A DNA stretch of 64,000 bases. It comes from Dehalococcoidia bacterium. GTDB taxonomy: Bacteria > Chloroflexota > Dehalococcoidia > Lucifugimonadales > UBA1127. Location of the stretch: the NCBI GenBank assembly GCA_965247615.1, contig OZ252022.1, positions 2,093,395 through 2,157,394 of the forward strand, in the 5' to 3' direction. The notes beneath the pieces are model-generated. The model ran no database searches, was not told the origin of the DNA, and saw nothing but the letters and a program-made list of their open reading frames with translations. Numbering within the stretch: position 1 is the first letter of the stretch; each line of letters opens with the position of its first letter. Of this stretch, positions 45,236 to 52,909 are shown piece by piece. Made by a program: the position numbers and the translations under genes.

Positions 45236-45379
45236 GGGAGGAACGCCGCCGACACCCTGAACCCGTCGAAGGACGCCATTCCCCCTCCCCCACGGCAGAT
45301 AGACGGTCTACACTGGACACCAACGGCACTTCCCCCTCCTCTACGCGAGACAACCTGGACAAGGGAGAAACACCCTCCC

Positions 45380-47623
45380 ATGACGACATACCGCGTCATC
45401 GGCCAGCCGCTGGCCCGCGCAGACGGCTTCGAAAAGGTCACTGGCCAGGCCCGCTACACCGCCGACACCTCCCTCCCCCGCATGCTCTGGGCTAGGGCCC
45501 TGCGCAGCCCCCACCCCCACGCGCGCATCCTCCGCATCGACGCCTCCAGGGCCGCAGCCGTCCCCGGTGTCCACGCCGTCCTCACCGGCGCCGACATCCC
45601 GCCAGTCCTCTACGGCCGCCGCATCCGCGACATACCCGCCCTCGCCCGCGGCCGCGTCCGCTTCATCGGCGAGCGCGTGGCCGCCGTCGCCGCGGACGAC
45701 CCTGACCTCGCCCAGGCCGCCCTAGACCTCATCGACGTCGACTACCAGGCGCTCCCTGCCGTATTCGAGCCTGACGACGCCCTGGCCGAAGACGCCCCCC
45801 TGCTTCACCCCAACGTGAACGGCTACGCCGGCCTGCCCAGACCCCTGGACAAGCCCTCCAACGCCTTCGTTCGCGACACCTGGGGCCGCGGCCGCGTCGC
45901 CGCCGGCTTCGCCGAGGCCGACCTGGTCGTGGAAAACAGCTTCACCACCCAGCGCGTCCACCAGGCCTATCTCGAACCCCATGCCTGCCTCGTCTGGATC
46001 GACGACACCGGTCGCGTCCAGCTGTGGGCCCCCAACAAGGCCCCCCACAGGCTCAAGCACGACTTCGCCGCCGCCCTGGGGCTGCCCGAAGAGCAGGTCC
46101 GCGTCAACCACTCCACCATCGGCGCGGACTTCGGCGGCAAGGGTTCGCCCATGGACATGCCCCTCTGCTACTTCCTCGCCCAGCGGACTGGACGGCCCAT
46201 CAAGATGGTCATGGACTACGCCGAGGAGTTCATGGCCGCCAACCCACGCCACCCAAGTACAGCGTGGATGAAGACCGGCGTGAAGCGTGACGGCACAATG
46301 GTGGCCCACCAGGCCAAGCTCGTCTTCAATAGCGGCGCCTACGGCGGCTTCAAGCCCGTGCCCGGGGCCAACCTGCCTGGCGCCGAGCACGCAGCGGGGC
46401 CCTACCGCATCCCCCACGCCTCCATAGAGGCCATACACGTCTACACCAACAGCGTCCCCGGTGGGTTCTTTCGCGGACCGGGCGCCGTTCAGGCCATCTT
46501 CGCCCTGGAGTCCCACGTGGACATCGTCGCTCGGCGCCTGGGGATGGACCCACTGGACTTCCGCATCAAGAACCTCCTGCGCGACGGGGAGGAGTCCCCA
46601 ACCGGGCGCCGCGTCTTCGGCATGCAGGGCCTGGAGACCCTGAAGGCCGCCGCCAATGCCGCCGACTACCACTCCCCCAAAGCCGCCAACGTCGGCCGCG
46701 GCATCGCCGTCGCCTTCAAGAGCCAGGGCGAAGGCGAGTCCTCCGCCGCCGTCACCCTCGCCCCCGACGGCTCCGTGGTCTTGAACACCTCCGTCTTCGA
46801 GCAGGGCACCGGCAGCTACACCGCCTTCCGCCAGATCGTCGCCGAGGAGCTGCACCTCGATCCGGAGCGCGTCCAGGTCCACCCATGGAGCACCGACGAG
46901 GCCCCCTTCGACACCGGCATCGGCGCCTCCCGCGTGACCAGGGTTGCCGTGCCCGCAACCTTTCGCGCCGCCTGCGATGCGCGGGAGCAGCTGCTCCGCC
47001 TGGCGGCCGAGCTCATGGGCTGGCCGGAGGAGCAGCTCACGCTCCACGGCGATGCCGTCACCCGCAGCGGCACAGGAGAGCGCAGGCCCTGGCGGGACCT
47101 CCTGGCCAGCGTCGGCCGGCCCATCACCGGCCAGGCCACCCATAAGGAGACGGGCGAAGCCCCCGTGAGCGACTTCCTGGCGCAGATCGTCGAGGCCGCC
47201 CTGGACCCCGAGACCGGTGAGGTCAAGCTGCTCAGAGTCACCAGCGCCCACGACGTCGCACGCATCCTCAACCCCGTGGGACACCAGGGACAGATCAACG
47301 GCGGCGTGGTCCAAGCCATCGGCTACGCCCTAACCGAGGAGCTGCGTGTGGCTGAGGGCAGGGTGGAGACCGCCCACTTTGGCGACTACAAGCTTCCCAC
47401 CATGCGCGACCTCCCAGAGCTGCGCACCGCCCTCGTGCACACGGACAACGGCCTGGGGCCCTACCGATCCAAGGGCATCGGCGAGTACGCTATCGAGGGC
47501 GTAGCCGCCGCCGTGGCCAATGCCGTCGCCGACGCCGGACCGCGCATCCACAGCCTCCCCATCACCTCGGAGAAGGTATACCGCGCCCTGCGCCAATCAA
47601 ACCCACACAGGAGGAAGCCATGA
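45380..47623 (+). CDS. Xanthine dehydrogenase-family molybdopterin-binding (large) subunit
   Basis: 747 aa. N-terminus …IGQPLARADGFEKVTGQARYTADT… and overall XDH/aldehyde-oxidase/CoxL-like layout. RBS AAGGGAGAA. Confidence 0.88.
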   Translation: MTTYRVIGQPLARADGFEKVTGQARYTADTSLPRMLWARALRSPHPHARILRIDASRAAAVPGVHAVLTGADIPPVLYGRRIRDIPALARGRVRFIGERVAAVAADDPDLAQAALDLIDVDYQALPAVFEPDDALAEDAPLLHPNVNGYAGLPRPLDKPSNAFVRDTWGRGRVAAGFAEADLVVENSFTTQRVHQAYLEPHACLVWIDDTGRVQLWAPNKAPHRLKHDFAAALGLPEEQVRVNHSTIGADFGGKGSPMDMPLCYFLAQRTGRPIKMVMDYAEEFMAANPRHPSTAWMKTGVKRDGTMVAHQAKLVFNSGAYGGFKPVPGANLPGAEHAAGPYRIPHASIEAIHVYTNSVPGGFFRGPGAVQAIFALESHVDIVARRLGMDPLDFRIKNLLRDGEESPTGRRVFGMQGLETLKAAANAADYHSPKAANVGRGIAVAFKSQGEGESSAAVTLAPDGSVVLNTSVFEQGTGSYTAFRQIVAEELHLDPERVQVHPWSTDEAPFDTGIGASRVTRVAVPATFRAACDAREQLLRLAAELMGWPEEQLTLHGDAVTRSGTGERRPWRDLLASVGRPITGQATHKETGEAPVSDFLAQIVEAALDPETGEVKLLRVTSAHDVARILNPVGHQGQINGGVVQAIGYALTEELRVAEGRVETAHFGDYKLPTMRDLPELRTALVHTDNGLGPYRSKGIGEYAIEGVAAAVANAVADAGPRIHSLPITSEKVYRALRQSNPHRRKP

Positions 47624-47958
47624 TCCGCGGCATGCACGGCCTGTTCTTCAACCCTGAGGCCGAGGCGGTACGCGAGTTCTTTCGAGACACGCTCGGCTTC
47701 GATTACGTCGACGCCGGCGACGGCTGGCTCATCTTCAACGTACCCAAGGCCGAGTTCGGCGTCCACCCCGGCGACGACCCCCACCAACAGTTCTCCTTCT
47801 GGTGCGATGACATCGAGGACACCATCAAGACACTCGAAGCAAGGGGCGTCGTCTTCACATCGCCCGTCCAGGACCTCGGCTTCGGTCTCGTCACCAACTT
47901 CGAGATCCCCGGCGGCGCACAAGTCCAACTCTACGAGCCCAGGCACGCCCAACCCTAG
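47620..47958 (+). CDS. VOC/glyoxalase-family protein, translationally coupled to the XDH-family gene
   Basis: ATGA start/stop overlap at 47620-47623. 112 aa with a VOC pattern (…FFRDTLGF…, …GVHPGD…, …FEIPGGAQVQLYEP). Confidence 0.8.
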   Translation: MIRGMHGLFFNPEAEAVREFFRDTLGFDYVDAGDGWLIFNVPKAEFGVHPGDDPHQQFSFWCDDIEDTIKTLEARGVVFTSPVQDLGFGLVTNFEIPGGAQVQLYEPRHAQP

Positions 47959-48000
47959 AAACGCCCCGCACCCCGCCCTGGGTCGCGCGACGACTCCACA

Positions 48001-48159
48001 AGCCGCCGCGCTAGCGGCCGCGCTCATGGTGAGGACCTCGAACCAAATGGGCTGGCCGGGGCGGCCGCCCCGGTCCCACGCCCGCCGCCGGACCCACAAC
48101 AAACGTGGGGGGCGGCCCGCGCGCGGGCCGCCCCCCACAAAGCCGTCGCACTAGCGACC
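48001..48159 (+). repeat. Intergenic repeat family, composite copy B (tail - head - two GC palindromes - tail)
   Basis: AGCCGCCGCGCTAGCGGCC (48001-48019), head 48022-48052, CCGGGGCGGCCGCCCCGG (48056-48073), 34-nt palindrome 48105-48138, AGCCGTCGCACTAGCGACC (48141-48159). Confidence 0.8.
48092..48138 (-). terminator. Intrinsic terminator candidate for the minus-strand amidohydrolase gene
   Basis: Perfect 17-bp-arm palindrome GTGGGGGGCGGCCCGCG/CGCGGGCCGCCCCCCAC. On the minus strand it is followed by GUUUGUUGUGGGU. It starts 24 nt after stop 48162. Confidence 0.6.
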
Positions 48160-48161
48160 GA

Positions 48162-49274
48162 CTAGAACCCGTACAGCTCCCGTGGGTTGTCGCCCAGAAT
48201 CTTGTCGATGATGCTTGGCGCAATCCCTCCCCGCTCGCGCAGCTTCTGCAGCGCCTGGATCTCGCTCGACTGGTCCGTATGACCGTAGTCCGTCCCAATC
48301 ATCAGGTTGTCCTCGCCCGCGTAGCCCAGCACGTACTCGATATCGTCACTCGTCTCGCACGTCACCCACACCCGGCTCTCCTTCAGCAGGTTCTCCGCCG
48401 CCTCGTGACCGTGCCGGGCCGGGAAGCGCCGCCGCAGGTCCGACACCATGTACGGCACCCACTGCGATGCCGCCTCGACGAACGCGATCCGCAGCTTGGG
48501 AAACTCCTGCGGTATCCCCGCCAGTATCCACTGGTGGCACGCCGCCACCGACATCAGCCGCAGCGACGAGAACGGAGACCCGCCCTTGCCGTGGTTCATC
48601 AGGCTCTCGATCTCCGGGTCCCCGTTGCCAATGTGGACCGTCACCGGGATGTCCAGCTGGCTCATCTCCTCGTACAGCGGGAAGAAGTAGGGATCATGCA
48701 GCATCCCCGCCTCCTCGATGCCGCGCATGAACACGCCCCGGGCCCCGTGATCGTTCGCCCACCGCAGCTCTTCCAGCGCCTCGTCCATCTCCACAAAGGG
48801 GAGCACCGCCGCCCAGCGGAGGCGCCCCTCAGACTGGCTCCAGATATCCGCAAGCCACCGGTTGTACCCCCTGCACAAAGCCACCTGCACCTCCGGCCGG
48901 TCGGCCAGCTTCCGCAGGAAGATCGTCGGATACAGGAACTGCAGGTCGATCCCCAGTTCGTCCATGTGGCGCAGCCGGGCCCCCACGTCCTCCATGTGCT
49001 TGGAGGCGTCAGGCGTCTGCATATCCCGGCCCGACGCCTTGGAGAGCATGGCCATGTCCTCGGCCACCCGGTTCGGGTCCCACTCCGACCGCTTCCCTAT
49101 CGGCTGCCGCGCCCCGCCGCGCAGCTTCCCGTCTATCAGCCAGTGCGGCTTCCCCTTCCCCGTCGCGTCCGGCACCTCCACGATTATCGGCCGCAGGTGC
49201 TGGTCCGACTCTGGTATGAAGTCCCACGTCCGCTCGGTCTCGACTACATGCGCATCGGAATCGACGACTGTCAT
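48162..49274 (-). CDS. Amidohydrolase-2 (ACMSD-like TIM-barrel metal hydrolase) family protein
   Basis: MTVVDSDAHVVE… His pair, …VTVHIGNG…, …IGTDYGHTD… Same family as 16010..17218. Confidence 0.85.
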   Translation of the reverse strand: MTVVDSDAHVVETERTWDFIPESDQHLRPIIVEVPDATGKGKPHWLIDGKLRGGARQPIGKRSEWDPNRVAEDMAMLSKASGRDMQTPDASKHMEDVGARLRHMDELGIDLQFLYPTIFLRKLADRPEVQVALCRGYNRWLADIWSQSEGRLRWAAVLPFVEMDEALEELRWANDHGARGVFMRGIEEAGMLHDPYFFPLYEEMSQLDIPVTVHIGNGDPEIESLMNHGKGGSPFSSLRLMSVAACHQWILAGIPQEFPKLRIAFVEAASQWVPYMVSDLRRRFPARHGHEAAENLLKESRVWVTCETSDDIEYVLGYAGEDNLMIGTDYGHTDQSSEIQALQKLRERGGIAPSIIDKILGDNPRELYGF

Positions 49275-49447
49275 GGCCTCTCACCTCTCTTCAGCGTCCA
49301 TGCATCCGGCGTTCACGCCCGGATACGGTCAAAATCCTTGGCTGCACGCTAGCATCAGTCCACACGCCATGTCAAGCAACCCCAACCGCCCGCACCCCCC
49401 GGCGCCCAGCGGCATTCCGGCTTCCCGTTGGCCGATCAGTCTCGGAA

Positions 49448-49466
49448 GGTGCCCCGTGCATGGGCT
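49448..49466. repeat. Left copy of the 19-bp direct repeat flanking the IS
   Basis: GGTGCCCCGTGCATGGGCT, identical to 50892-50910. Confidence 0.9.
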
Positions 49467-50891
49467 GTCGTTGTCCAGTGATTCTGTCAGGGTTGTTGTT
49501 CAATGATTATGTCAGTAGCGCTCTCCTCCAGGGGTGGTTGGGCGCTGGCTTGGTGGGGATGCGGGCCGTGGTCTTCGCCGGGGGACGGGGAGCAGTTGCC
49601 GGTGCGCGGTGACCGTCACGGGCAGGTCGGGCTGGCGAGTCGGCTGGCAGCTGACCGTTGGAGCGGCGGCCGGTGCGGGCCCTGAGCGCGACGGGCCCGG
49701 CGGGGGCCGGCGCTGTGGCCACGGTCCTGCCCTGGTGGACGACCACGATGCTGCCGTCCAGCCGCTCTTGGACTTCGACGCGGGTCCGAGCGTAGCTGGT
49801 CCTGCGCCCATCGGGGAGCGCCTGCAGCGCGGCGCCGTTGAAGTGGATGGTGTGGTCGTTGGCCACGGTGCGTAGGTACTTGAAGCACCGGACCGCATCA
49901 AGGGAGACGCCCGGCGGCAGTGGGCGATAGGCCGGTTCCCGCTGGGCCGGCGCCACGCCGAACTGCCGATCGTATCGCGGCAGGAAGTCCCCGAGCATCC
50001 GGTTGGCCTCCTCGATGGTCGCCGCGCCCGCGAGGCGCATCTCCGAGACCAGGCGGTCCTGGAAGGTGTCCCACGCGCGCTCCACGCGACCCTTCGCCTG
50101 GGGTGTATGGGCCATGATGAGCTCGATGCCCAACTCCTCGAGCGCCCGGGCGAACTGCGTGGGCTCGCGCCGGCCCCGAAGCTGCTCGTCCCGGCTCTCC
50201 GACTCCCGGGGCGAGCGCTGGAAGATGCTATGCCGATCGCTATAGAGGGCCATCGGCACGCCGCGGCGGTCGATGATCTCCTTGAGCATGAGCAAGTAGC
50301 CGTGGGCGTCCTCCTGTTCTCTGAATAGGGCGAAGGGGACCGTCCCCGTGGCGTCGTCCACGGCCCCGATGAGCGTCAGGCGGGGTCCCCGACCCTCCAA
50401 CCAGTCGTGCCTGCTCCCGTCGATCTGCAGCAGCATCCCCTCCTGGGGGTAGCGCTCCCTGCGCAGATAGCGCTTGCGCGCTCGGCGGCGGCGGGGACTC
50501 CGAACACCGCCCGCCAGCAGCACCCGCCGGACGGTGGAGCGGGACAGATCGACGCCCTCCCGCTCGGCCAACAGCTCGGTCAGATGCGAGTGGTTGAAGC
50601 CGGCGTAGCGGCCCTTGGCTAGCGCCGTCACCTGTTCCTGCGTCTCCGGGCTTGTGGCGGTCGACGGCCGTCTGCCCCTGTTTCCGTGAGCCACCCCGGC
50701 AGCTCCCTCCTTTCGATACGCCGCCAGCAGTCGCCACGCGTGGCGCTCGCTCACCCTCATCAGTTCGGCCGCCTCAGCCATCAACACCTTCCGCTCGATC
50801 ACACCGTTCAACACCTGTATCCGGGCTTGCTCTCTGGTAGTCAACGTCAGTCCTTTCATAGACTGACATTTTCATTGACCAGTTACCCACT
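49467..50891 (-). mobile_element. Insertion sequence, ISNCY (IS1202-group)-like, about 1.43 kb
   Basis: A single transposase gene fills the element. It is bounded by perfect 19-bp direct repeats. Imperfect inverted repeats lie near both ends (left CCAGTGATT…TCAATGATTATGTCAGT; right complement CCAGTGGGT…TCAATGAAAATGTCAGT). Exact termini are uncertain by about 10 bp on the left. Confidence 0.8.
49507..50859 (-). CDS. ISNCY-family (IS1202-group-like) DDE transposase with N-terminal HTH
   Basis: MKGLTLTTREQARIQVLNGVIERKVLMAEAAELMRVSERHAWRLLAAYRKEGAAGVAHGNRGRRPS… is the characteristic N-terminus. rve-like core …LLQIDGSRHDW…LIGAVDDATG…ALYSDRHSIF…. Confidence 0.85.
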   Translation of the reverse strand: MKGLTLTTREQARIQVLNGVIERKVLMAEAAELMRVSERHAWRLLAAYRKEGAAGVAHGNRGRRPSTATSPETQEQVTALAKGRYAGFNHSHLTELLAEREGVDLSRSTVRRVLLAGGVRSPRRRRARKRYLRRERYPQEGMLLQIDGSRHDWLEGRGPRLTLIGAVDDATGTVPFALFREQEDAHGYLLMLKEIIDRRGVPMALYSDRHSIFQRSPRESESRDEQLRGRREPTQFARALEELGIELIMAHTPQAKGRVERAWDTFQDRLVSEMRLAGAATIEEANRMLGDFLPRYDRQFGVAPAQREPAYRPLPPGVSLDAVRCFKYLRTVANDHTIHFNGAALQALPDGRRTSYARTRVEVQERLDGSIVVVHQGRTVATAPAPAGPVALRARTGRRSNGQLPADSPARPARDGHRAPATAPRPPAKTTARIPTKPAPNHPWRRALLT

Positions 50892-50910
50892 GGTGCCCCG
50901 TGCATGGGCT
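50892..50910. repeat. Right copy of the 19-bp direct repeat flanking the IS
   Basis: GGTGCCCCGTGCATGGGCT. Its last T is the first base of the rsmD promoter -35 box. Confidence 0.9.
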
Positions 50911-50938
50911 TGACAGACCACGCATCCGAAAGTAGAAT
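50910..50938 (+). promoter_or_regulatory. Sigma70-like promoter candidate for rsmD-coaD
   Basis: TTGACA (50910-50915), 17-nt spacer, TAGAAT (50933-50938), about 90 nt upstream of rsmD. Confidence 0.6.
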
Positions 50939-51030
50939 GCATCCATTGAATACGCTATTCTGTAAGGGTAGCGTCACAACTTTCCGGGCGGCTGTCCCAA
51001 AGCGAAGCAGCATGCTGCGGAGTGCGATAC

Positions 51031-51591
51031 ATGAGCGTCCGAGTCATCGCTGGTCAGGCAAAGGGCCGCACCCTCAGGCGACCCCGCACTACTGCTGTTC
51101 GCCCCACCACTGACCTCGTCCGCGGCGCCCTCTTTTCGGCCCTCGCCCAAAGCGTCTCCGGCGCCCGCGTCCTCGACCTCTTCGCCGGCACCGGCGCCCT
51201 CGGCATCGAAGCCCTCAGTCGTGGCGCCGCCTCCGCCCACTTCGTCGAAAGCGACTCCCGCCAGTGCGCAGACATCCGCAGCAGCCTCCACGACCTCGAC
51301 TACGCAGACCTCGCCGCCGTCCACCGCGCCAAGGTCGAGCGCGCCATCCTCTCAATGCCCGGACCCTATGACCTCATTTTCCTTGACCCCCCCTACGCCT
51401 ACCCAAGCCTGGGCCAACTCCTGGAGACCATCGCAGGCTCCCCCCTTGTTGGCCCGGACACCATCGTCGCCGTCGAGCACTCCAAGCGACAGCCCTTGGC
51501 CGACACCTACGGCGTCCTGACCCGCGGCAAGCACCGCACCTATGGCGAGACCTGCACCTCCCTCTACCGCCCCGGAGGCAGCCCGTGGTAA
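51031..51591 (+). CDS. rsmD: 16S rRNA (guanine966-N2)-methyltransferase RsmD
   Basis: …VIAGQAKGRTLR…, VLDLFAGTGALGIEALSRGA, FLDPPY motifs. ATG 51031; the ORF track starts at GTG 51022. Confidence 0.88.
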   Translation: MSVRVIAGQAKGRTLRRPRTTAVRPTTDLVRGALFSALAQSVSGARVLDLFAGTGALGIEALSRGAASAHFVESDSRQCADIRSSLHDLDYADLAAVHRAKVERAILSMPGPYDLIFLDPPYAYPSLGQLLETIAGSPLVGPDTIVAVEHSKRQPLADTYGVLTRGKHRTYGETCTSLYRPGGSPW

Positions 51592-52082
51592 TTGCCATGT
51601 ATCCCGGCTCCTTCGACCCCCCCACCAACGGCCACGTCGACATCGTCGTCAGGGCCAGCAGGCTCTTTGAGCGCGTCACCATCGCCGTCTACGACGCCCC
51701 CCCCAAGAACCTCCTCTTCACCACCCAGGAGCGCATCGACCTCTTCGCACAGGCCACCCGCCACCTCACCAACATCAACGTCGTCCCCTTCACCGGCCTC
51801 ATGGTCCAGTTCGCCCGCGCCCTCGGCTCCACCGTCGTCGTCCGCGGCCTCCGCGCCGGTCGCGACTTCGAAGACGAGTTCGAAATGGCCCTCGTCAACA
51901 AGCGCCTCGCCCCGGACGTGGAGGCCATCTATCTGATGACCAGCCTGGAGTGGCAGTTCCTGAGCTCCACCCGCGTCAAGGAGATCGCCCACCTTGGAGC
52001 GGACGTCACCGGCCTCGTTCCGCCCCACGTCGCCACAGCCCTCATCTCCAAGCTGGCAGATTCGGCCCAACGTGGCCGATAG
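51585..52082 (+). CDS. coaD: Phosphopantetheine adenylyltransferase
   Basis: (M)VIAMYPGSFDPPTNGHVDIV…, …RGLRAGRDFEDEF…, …SSTRVKE… GTG 51585 overlaps the rsmD stop. Confidence 0.92.
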   Translation: MVIAMYPGSFDPPTNGHVDIVVRASRLFERVTIAVYDAPPKNLLFTTQERIDLFAQATRHLTNINVVPFTGLMVQFARALGSTVVVRGLRAGRDFEDEFEMALVNKRLAPDVEAIYLMTSLEWQFLSSTRVKEIAHLGADVTGLVPPHVATALISKLADSAQRGR

Positions 52083-52097
52083 ATAAAAGGAGGAACC

Positions 52098-52625
52098 ATG
52101 GAAATCTTGAGCCTAGTCGACAAGCTGGAATCCTACGCTACCGCGAGTGCGCGCCTCCCGGGCACCCACAAGGTGATGATCGACGGCGACCGGCTCCTTG
52201 AGCTCGTCGACCAGTTCCGCGTGGCCATCCCCAAGGATGTCCGGGACTCCCAGGACATGCTCGCCCAGCGCGAAGCCATCATCAATCAGTCCCTTCTCGA
52301 CGCCCGCCGCATCAAGGCCTCCGCCGAAGAGGAGTCCCGCAACCAGGTCCACAAGCACACCATCTCCCAGGATGCTTCGGCCCGGGCCGAAGAAATCCTC
52401 GCGGACGCCAAGCACCGCGCCGATGCCCTCCTCCAGGACTCGCAACGCAAGGCCCGCGACGCCATGAGCGAGGCCCAGAGCTTCAGCGACGGCCGCATCA
52501 ACGAGTCCAACCGGTACGCCACGGAGACCCTCTTCCGCCTCGAGCAGCAGCTCGCCTCCGTCCTCAACGCTGTCCGCCGCGGCCTGGACAGCCTGGAGGA
52601 GCACCAGCGGGAGAAGGTCGCCTAG
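52098..52625 (+). CDS. Hypothetical coiled-coil protein (ATP-synthase-b/E-like heptad region)
   Basis: 175 aa after a strong RBS AAAAGGAGGAA. Charged, Ala/Arg/Glu-rich helical sequence. No catalytic motif recognised. Confidence 0.7.
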   Translation: MEILSLVDKLESYATASARLPGTHKVMIDGDRLLELVDQFRVAIPKDVRDSQDMLAQREAIINQSLLDARRIKASAEEESRNQVHKHTISQDASARAEEILADAKHRADALLQDSQRKARDAMSEAQSFSDGRINESNRYATETLFRLEQQLASVLNAVRRGLDSLEEHQREKVA

Positions 52626-52827
52626 CCCTCTCCTCCCTCGCCAACTCTGTACAACTCTGGAGAGCGCTTCCCAATCGCCTTTCACACGCCGGCCCTACGG
52701 ATGCCGGCCTGGATCCGAGGGGGGCCTCGCTGGCGGGCCGGGTGTCGTTGGTCGCCGACCCCGGTCCTGCCAGCGAGGCGTCCAGACCCATTCCTTCAGT
52801 CCCGGCCTGCGCCGCCTACTCCCCCCG

Positions 52828-52861
52828 CAAGCCGCCGCGCAGGCGGCCCGCTATGGCGACC
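52828..52861 (+). repeat. Intergenic repeat family, degenerate tail-head junction (copy P)
   Basis: CAAGCCGCCGCGCAGGCGGCCCGCTATGGCGACC compared with copy B CAAGCCGCCGCGCTAGCGGCCGCGCTCATGGTGAGG. Confidence 0.5.
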
Positions 52862-52909
52862 GCCCCTCCGCACGCTATAATGCCTCCACCCTCTCAGGGA
52901 GGCGTTGCC

